NCBI GenBank assembly: GCA_938073745.1
Contig: CALJFR010000003.1
Location: 1,049 to 65,048 of the forward strand
DNA from: an uncultured Flavobacteriales bacterium
Lineage (GTDB): Bacteria; Bacteroidota; Bacteroidia; Flavobacteriales; BACL11
Reading direction: 5' to 3'
Length of the DNA stretch: 64,000 bases
Notes under the pieces: generated by a model
The model's database searches: none
What the model was told of the DNA's origin: nothing
The model's input: the letters and a program-made list of their open reading frames with translations, nothing else
Translations under genes and position numbers: made by a program
Shown here: piece after piece, positions 58,933 through 64,000 of the stretch
Layout of the letters: each line of letters starts with the position of its first letter
Numbering within the stretch: the first letter of the stretch is position 1

Positions 58933-60591
58933 CTACTTTGACATTATCTTTTTTACATTAACATAAAACAAATCTTCTCTAACTTTAAAGGATTTTATAT
59001 CAACATTTCCTAAACTATATTCCTTCCATTCATTATCTGGTAATAACAATATATCTTTTGTTTCAACATTTACTTTTATATTCATATTAAAATCATCAAT
59101 AGCATTCCATCTATACAAAAGTGTATACTCTCTTCCTTTTTTCTGTATTTTGTACTCAAATGTTGGAATTTCAGATTTATATAAATATTGTTGAAAGAAA
59201 TAATATAAATCTAAATCAACTTTTTCGTTTATATATTCTATAATTTCTGCTCCATCCACTATTTGATATTTGAATTCTTCTGAAATACCTTTAATAATTG
59301 AAAACCACAGACTATCATTATCTATTAAGCTTCTCAGTGTATGAAGCATTAGAGAACCTTTTTGATACATATCATTACTACCCTTCTTATTGACGTTATA
59401 TGGCCCTATAATTGGCTTATCGTTTCGAACACTTCGTTTCTGATTATTTACATAATCTAGCATAATATCATATCCGTATATACATTCAACATATAAAACT
59501 TCTGAGTATGTACAGAAGCCTTCATGAATCCACATATCAGCTATGTCATTAGTAGTTATACTATTTCCCCACCATTCATGACCAGTCTCATGTATAATAA
59601 TATAATCAAAATCTAAGCCAGAAATAAATTGCCTGTTTCCATTATAGCCAGGAAGATAATTATTTCCATAGGCAATGGCTGATTGATGTTCCATTCCAAG
59701 ATAAGGTGTTTCGATTAAAGTGTAGCCATCTTTATAAAATGGATAAGGTCCAAAATATTTTTCAAAACACTCTAACATTGGTTTAACTTGTTGAAAATGA
59801 TCTTTTGCTTTGTTGTAATTATATTTTAAAACATAATAATCTAGATCTAGAGTGTCATAATTATTTACATGATAGTCATTAAAGTATTTATAATCTCCAA
59901 TGCAAAGTGTAACATTATAATTATTTATTGGATAGGATACAAACCAGCTACTTTTATTTGCTTTAGATTGTAATTTATCACTAAAAAAAGTTTTATCACT
60001 TTTTTTCTTACCATTAGATATAACCTGCAATGGATATCTTACAGTTGATGTAATATTCATGCTATCTGGCTCATCAGATTGATGGTCTTTACACGGCCAC
60101 CATGAGCTAGCTCCAAGGCCTTGACATGAAACGCCTATCCAAGAATTTCCGTTTTTATCTTTTTCCCATGAAAAACCTCCATCCCAAGGAGGGTTAACAG
60201 CAACTCTAGGTTTACCAGAATACATAACTTTAAAGTTAAATTTTTCATTTACATTGATTACTCTTGGAAAATTAACAAATACTGCATTATGTATTCTTTC
60301 AAACTCAAGCATCTTTTCTTCAAATTCAATAGAATGTATTTTTAAACTTTCAAAAAGATCTATTTGAATCTTTTGAAAACTTGAAATTGCAATAGCATGA
60401 ATGGTATTTGATGAGTTAATAAGTTTTTGTTGATAATCGTCTACTGTAACATTAAGATCATAATAAAAAACGTCATAACAGGACCTAAATTCTGAAAGAT
60501 TTCCTCTTAAACTATCTGAATATGTAAATTCCTGAGATACAGCAGAAAATGAAAAAATAAGCGATAAAAAAATTAAACTAATATATCGCAT
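58933..60591 (-). CDS. Secreted M1-family (gluzincin) aminopeptidase
   Basis: Signal peptide. HETGHEWWGN...WIHEGFCTY matches HExxH-x18-E. Confidence 0.85.
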   Translation of the reverse strand: MRYISLIFLSLIFSFSAVSQEFTYSDSLRGNLSEFRSCYDVFYYDLNVTVDDYQQKLINSSNTIHAIAISSFQKIQIDLFESLKIHSIEFEEKMLEFERIHNAVFVNFPRVINVNEKFNFKVMYSGKPRVAVNPPWDGGFSWEKDKNGNSWIGVSCQGLGASSWWPCKDHQSDEPDSMNITSTVRYPLQVISNGKKKSDKTFFSDKLQSKANKSSWFVSYPINNYNVTLCIGDYKYFNDYHVNNYDTLDLDYYVLKYNYNKAKDHFQQVKPMLECFEKYFGPYPFYKDGYTLIETPYLGMEHQSAIAYGNNYLPGYNGNRQFISGLDFDYIIIHETGHEWWGNSITTNDIADMWIHEGFCTYSEVLYVECIYGYDIMLDYVNNQKRSVRNDKPIIGPYNVNKKGSNDMYQKGSLMLHTLRSLIDNDSLWFSIIKGISEEFKYQIVDGAEIIEYINEKVDLDLYYFFQQYLYKSEIPTFEYKIQKKGREYTLLYRWNAIDDFNMNIKVNVETKDILLLPDNEWKEYSLGNVDIKSFKVREDLFYVNVKKIMSK

Positions 60592-60608
60592 AGAATTAAT
60601 TAAAGTAA

Positions 60609-61100
60609 TTAATCTATTTTTCTAAGACCAATAGTACAGTCTATCTCTGCTCCGGTCAAAATTGTATCATTAAAAGTTACATCCATTGATCCTTCAAAAT
60701 TAGAAACAAAACTACCTGAGCCATTTAAAGAGATTGGCAAAGTAGTAATACCACCAAGTCCTAAATCTACATCAGCATTAAAAGTTTGATTGGGAATAAT
60801 AAAATTACCATTTAGATCAATATTAGCTATAAGATTATTGGTACCTGCATCAATATAAATTGTAGAATCTGTATCAGAATTAATAATAATAGTATCAGGA
60901 AGCTGTTCTGCAAGAAAAATAGTTGTACCTAATACTAAAGCTGAATCACACTCAGCATCAAATAACCAATCTCCAGCAATGTTATTTACATTAAAAGGTT
61001 CGGGAATTATATCTCTATTACCACCACCACTACATCCAGTGATAATAAGAATAATTGTAAAAGATAGTATAAGAAAAAAATTATTTTGTTTTGAGTTCAT
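60609..61100 (-). CDS. Uncharacterised lipoprotein (paralogue of 61109..61642)
   Basis: Lipobox IITGC followed by SGGGN. It aligns with the upstream neighbour over about 120 aa (G-x-W...C, ID-x-NGN, G-x-G...G-x-MD-x-TF, DC...L-x-K). Confidence 0.6.
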   Translation of the reverse strand: MNSKQNNFFLILSFTIILIITGCSGGGNRDIIPEPFNVNNIAGDWLFDAECDSALVLGTTIFLAEQLPDTIIINSDTDSTIYIDAGTNNLIANIDLNGNFIIPNQTFNADVDLGLGGITTLPISLNGSGSFVSNFEGSMDVTFNDTILTGAEIDCTIGLRKID

Positions 61101-61108
61101 TTTTATAG

Positions 61109-61642
61109 TTATTTAGTTAAAATCATAGCACAATCACTAGAAAAAGGAAATAACCCAGAAATATTTCCTGAAAATGTAAAGTCCATTGTACCCGTATTTT
61201 CAGATGTAATTTGTCCATTTCCTACTACATCTACATCTACTGGAATTCCAGTTCCTGTTGCATCTATTGAAATTGTTACAGGGTTTACAGTTATATTGCC
61301 GTTATCATCAATAGTCCCATCAAGTTGAGATCCATCAAAATCAATAAATAAGACACCACTTCCTGCGGATTGTACATCTACAGAAGCAGGCATCTGATCA
61401 TTTAAAGATATATCTCCAAGAAGAGGAACAGAAATATCATCACAATTAGGAACAAGATTCCAAGTTCCAACTGCAATCTCTGACCAATTTGGTGGATATA
61501 CACAAGAACCATCATCAGTGTTAGCAAGGTTATTATAATTTTCAGCATTAATATCCATACATCCTAGAAGCTCTTTTTCACAAGAGGTAAAAATTATAGA
61601 GACAAATAGAATGGTAAAAAAAAGATAGAGAAAGTTTTTCAT
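61109..61642 (-). CDS. Uncharacterised lipoprotein with N-terminal Cys-bounded GCMDINAENYNNLANTDDGSC module
   Basis: Lipobox IFTSC. It has an extra Cys-framed N/D-rich module, then the same about-120-aa domain as its downstream paralogue. Confidence 0.6.
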   Translation of the reverse strand: MKNFLYLFFTILFVSIIFTSCEKELLGCMDINAENYNNLANTDDGSCVYPPNWSEIAVGTWNLVPNCDDISVPLLGDISLNDQMPASVDVQSAGSGVLFIDFDGSQLDGTIDDNGNITVNPVTISIDATGTGIPVDVDVVGNGQITSENTGTMDFTFSGNISGLFPFSSDCAMILTK

Positions 61643-61652
61643 AATTAGTAAT

Positions 61653-61684
61653 AAAAAAAGTTGCTATCAAAGATAGCAACTTTT
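61653..61684 (-). terminator. Rho-independent terminator immediately after rpmB
   Basis: The minus strand reads AAAAGTTGCTATC-ttt-GATAGCAACTTTT, running into a T-run (TTTTTTTAT). Confidence 0.7.
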
Positions 61685-61708
61685 ATTAATTAACTTAGTT
61701 TTATATAA

Positions 61709-61948
61709 TTAAACTAAAATATTTCCATTAGCAATTGCCTTAGATAAAACCGAAGCAATTCCATTTTTATTGATAGTTCTTAATGCATTTGCAGAAACTT
61801 TTAATATTACCCATTCTCCAGTTTCTGGAACATAAAATTTCTTTGTTTGTAGATTAGGATAAAATTTTCTCTTAGTTTTTCTATTTGAATGAGAAACATT
61901 ATTTCCAACCATAACTTTTTTACCTGTAATTTGACAAACTCTAGACAT
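61709..61948 (-). CDS. rpmB: 50S ribosomal protein L28
   Basis: [34 protein letters not shown] is the canonical L28 N-terminus. Confidence 0.9.
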   Translation of the reverse strand: MSRVCQITGKKVMVGNNVSHSNRKTKRKFYPNLQTKKFYVPETGEWVILKVSANALRTINKNGIASVLSKAIANGNILV

Positions 61949-61968
61949 AATTTCTAAATTTAAGGCTG

Positions 61969-61976
61969 CAAATATA
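61969..61976 (-). promoter_or_regulatory. -7 box TATATTTG(CAGCC) upstream of rpmB
   Basis: The reverse complement reads TATATTTGCAGCCTTA, 20 nt upstream of ATG 61948. Confidence 0.5.
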
Positions 61977-62001
61977 CAATCTAATCTGATATGAAGAAAA
62001 T

Positions 62002-63237
62002 TTATTCATATTTTTTTATTTCATTAATTAATAATTCTAAGGCCTTAATTCTTACTTGATTTAAAATTATTTTTCTATCACCACTAAATAATATTTTTTC
62101 TGTTATTGAACCTTTTAAAGAATTAATTGTAATAAAAACAGTGCCAACAGGATTATCTTCAGTTCCACCAGTGGGACCAGCATATCCAGTTGTAGCAATT
62201 GAAAAATCAGAATTAAATTTATTTCTAACATTTTGAGCCATTTCAAAACAAACATCTTTGCTAACAGACGATTTTTTTTTAATTAAGTCGGGACTAATAC
62301 CTAATAAATTTATTTTGGATAAATCACTGTAACAAATAATTCCTCCTAAAAAAGAATTAGAACTACCTGGTACTTGAGACAAGCTAGATGCAATTAATCC
62401 GGATGTACAGCTTTCCGCAACAGAAATAGAGATACATTTAATTTTGCATAAATCATAGACTAATTGATTTAAGTCCTTACTATTATCATCATATTTAACG
62501 ATAGAGCTTAATTTATCCAATTCGCACTTAATTAAACTCTCAATTTTAGCTTTACTATTACTAATTCCACTCAATCGCAAACGAACAACGCCAGGACTAG
62601 GGAGATAAGCTAATTTTATATCTTTATTTATTGAGGCTTCCCACTCTTTTAACATAAATGCTAACTGAGATTCTGGAATATTTCTGATAAATATTGTTTT
62701 TTGAACAATACTATCAAGTTTTCTGTTTTTTTTAAATTCTCTAAAAAAATGTTCAACTAAAATTTTCATTTCATAAGGAACTCCAGGAAGAGCTAAAACC
62801 TCACAATTATTTTGAGACAACCATATTCCTGGTGCTGTTCCTAAGGGATTTCTAATAACTTTTGATTTAGATGGAACTAAAGCTTGATCTTTATTTAAAT
62901 CTAAAATATTTGACCTGCCCTTTTGTTTGAAAAATTTTTTTATATCAGATAAAACATCGTTATTTTTCTCAAGTTTATCATTAAAAAAACTACACAATGT
63001 GTGCTTAGTTATATCATCATTTGTTGGTCCTAACCCACCAGTAATAATAACTAATTCTGAATTATCAACGGCATTTTTTAAAGCAGTTACAATACTTTCT
63101 TTAGAATCACTTACTGTAGTAATCTTGGTACATTCAATTCCTTCTGATGTTAAGTAGTTTGCTATCCAGGCTGCGTTTGTATTAACTATTTGGCCAATTA
63201 AAATTTCATCACCAATAGAAATAATCTGAGCTTTCAT
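62002..63237 (-). CDS. cinA: CinA-family protein (MoCF-binding domain + nicotinamide-nucleotide amidase PncC domain)
   Basis: [27 protein letters not shown]-terminus, [11 protein letters not shown], and C-terminal CinA/PncC block AESCTSGL. Confidence 0.85.
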   Translation of the reverse strand: MKAQIISIGDEILIGQIVNTNAAWIANYLTSEGIECTKITTVSDSKESIVTALKNAVDNSELVIITGGLGPTNDDITKHTLCSFFNDKLEKNNDVLSDIKKFFKQKGRSNILDLNKDQALVPSKSKVIRNPLGTAPGIWLSQNNCEVLALPGVPYEMKILVEHFFREFKKNRKLDSIVQKTIFIRNIPESQLAFMLKEWEASINKDIKLAYLPSPGVVRLRLSGISNSKAKIESLIKCELDKLSSIVKYDDNSKDLNQLVYDLCKIKCISISVAESCTSGLIASSLSQVPGSSNSFLGGIICYSDLSKINLLGISPDLIKKKSSVSKDVCFEMAQNVRNKFNSDFSIATTGYAGPTGGTEDNPVGTVFITINSLKGSITEKILFSGDRKIILNQVRIKALELLINEIKKYE

Positions 63238-63249
63238 TAAATTGAGTTT

Positions 63250-64000
63250 TTAAAAAGCAGTTGTAGGGCCAGTGATATGTTTACGTTCTTTAGGGCGAAT
63301 ATTCATTACCGGAATTGGAGAATTATTAATAATGTACCTAGCAGTAACACTAATATTTTTTGATAAACTTAATTCTTCTTTTTTAGTCATAATCATAAAA
63401 ATATCGTCATCAAATTTTTTCTGAAACTCAAAAATACAATCTCCTACATTTTGTTTAATGTCCCCTTCTAATAAATTTGAAACACATTTGATTCCAGCAT
63501 CAGTAACAAATTTTTCTACTTGCTCCAGATTACGAATTAATTTTGTTCTAATTGCAGAAGAATCTTTTAAAACAACTGAAACTAACTGAATATTTGCATT
63601 CCATATTCTTGCATATTTTATTGCATATGTAACTTTTTCCTTCGTTTCCTTTTCTGTATCTAATGGTAAGATAATATTGTTACACTCACCTTTTATTGTA
63701 GCACCTTTTATTGTAATAACTGGACATTTTGCCAGCCTAACAACTCTTTCTGCATTTGAGCCAATGAAACGCTTAATTCTATCTTTTGGAGAACCGGTTG
63801 TACCCATAATAATAAGATCAGCAGCAATCATTTCTGCAACCTCATTAATCTGATTATATATTTTACCTTGAGCAACCATTATTTCAATTTCGAGCTTATA
63901 TTTCTTAGAATATTCTGATGCAAGTTCTGAGAGTTTCTTATGAACTTTCTTTTTTAGCTCATGGGAGTTGTCGTCTAAAAATAAATTTTGCATTGTACTC
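63250..64000 (-). CDS. Tandem universal stress protein (UspA family), 5' end probably beyond the window
   Basis: Two Usp-like halves (IIMGTTGSP...AERVVRLAKCPVITI and a second domain ending SPIPVMNI). The first half lacks the usual N-terminal strand-helix. The frame stays open upstream of ATG 63993 to the window edge. Confidence 0.7.
   Translation of the reverse strand, partial: STMQNLFLDDNSHELKKKVHKKLSELASEYSKKYKLEIEIMVAQGKIYNQINEVAEMIAADLIIMGTTGSPKDRIKRFIGSNAERVVRLAKCPVITIKGATIKGECNNIILPLDTEKETKEKVTYAIKYARIWNANIQLVSVVLKDSSAIRTKLIRNLEQVEKFVTDAGIKCVSNLLEGDIKQNVGDCIFEFQKKFDDDIFMIMTKKEELSLSKNISVTARYIINNSPIPVMNIRPKERKHITGPTTAF

Noticed and set aside
3591-63157. About 28 further short track ORFs nested antisense or out of frame in larger genes (for example 3591..3782, 6173..6391, 11922..12206, 13914..14261, 14776..15257, 19154..19408, 19685..20038, 22492..22695, 23727..23939, 24068..24298, 31739..32545, 34471..34698, 35731..35988, 38415..38681, 40912..41166, 41476..41751, 42993..43175, 43791..44021, 44597..44860, 47857..48195, 49185..49409, 54254..54863, 58168..58482, 62927..63157)
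   Set aside because: Each is fully embedded in a well-supported gene with recognisable motifs. Their I/L/F/S/K-rich translations are what antisense frames of AT-rich, Lys/Glu/Asn-rich genes produce. None has its own promoter box or a recognisable motif.
1-64000. CRISPR arrays, IS elements or transposases, prophage genes, toxin-antitoxin or known defence systems
   Set aside because: No direct-repeat/spacer periodicity, inverted terminal repeats, or recombinase, nuclease or ATPase signatures of such systems were seen in any ORF. Every ORF over 60 aa outside shadow frames has a housekeeping-type or conserved-hypothetical assignment.

Overview
Strongly AT-rich, very gene-dense chromosomal segment that looks like core genome of a Flavobacteriia-type Bacteroidota bacterium. 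The lineage call rests on T9SS C-terminal sorting domains, a DUF4295 mini-protein next to rpmG, a fused CcsB-CcsA, a fused 2-oxoacid dehydrogenase E1 alpha/beta, and TAnnTTTG -7 promoter boxes. I call about 59 protein genes, one tRNA-His(GTG), five hairpin terminators, 17 candidate -7 boxes and two short in-frame coding tandem repeats. From my own coordinate tally only about 1.8 kb of 64 kb is non-coding, and many genes abut or overlap. Content is mostly housekeeping: icmF, branched-chain E1, rpsP-rimM, pckA, rsmE, hisS-hutH, DPP-IV plus a POT transporter, a Cu-type P-ATPase, ccsBA-bshB1, maf, wza-wzc, nhaC, glmM, uvrB, csp, folD, ffh, ftsY, rpmB, rpmG and cinA. Two genes missing from the supplied ORF track were recovered by hand. 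One is a BNR-repeat T9SS lipoprotein of at least 849 aa that runs off the left edge (1..2549, minus). The other is a 51-aa DUF4295 ORF (58540..58695, minus). I found no CRISPR array, transposase, integrase, phage gene or recognisable defence gene, and no convincing new multi-gene system. The best leads are modest. (1) The rpmB / rpmG-DUF4295 ribosomal trio is split by a 3-gene insert containing two paralogous uncharacterised lipoproteins. (2) A phosphosulfolactate-synthase-family gene is tightly packed with a DUF368 gene and an AroE-like gene. (3) The conserved first transmembrane helix of nhaC is encoded upstream of any canonical start codon. (4) ccsBA and bshB1 are translationally coupled. 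(5) A lipoprotein has class-II-cytochrome-c topology. All function calls come from motif recognition by eye. No database search was run.
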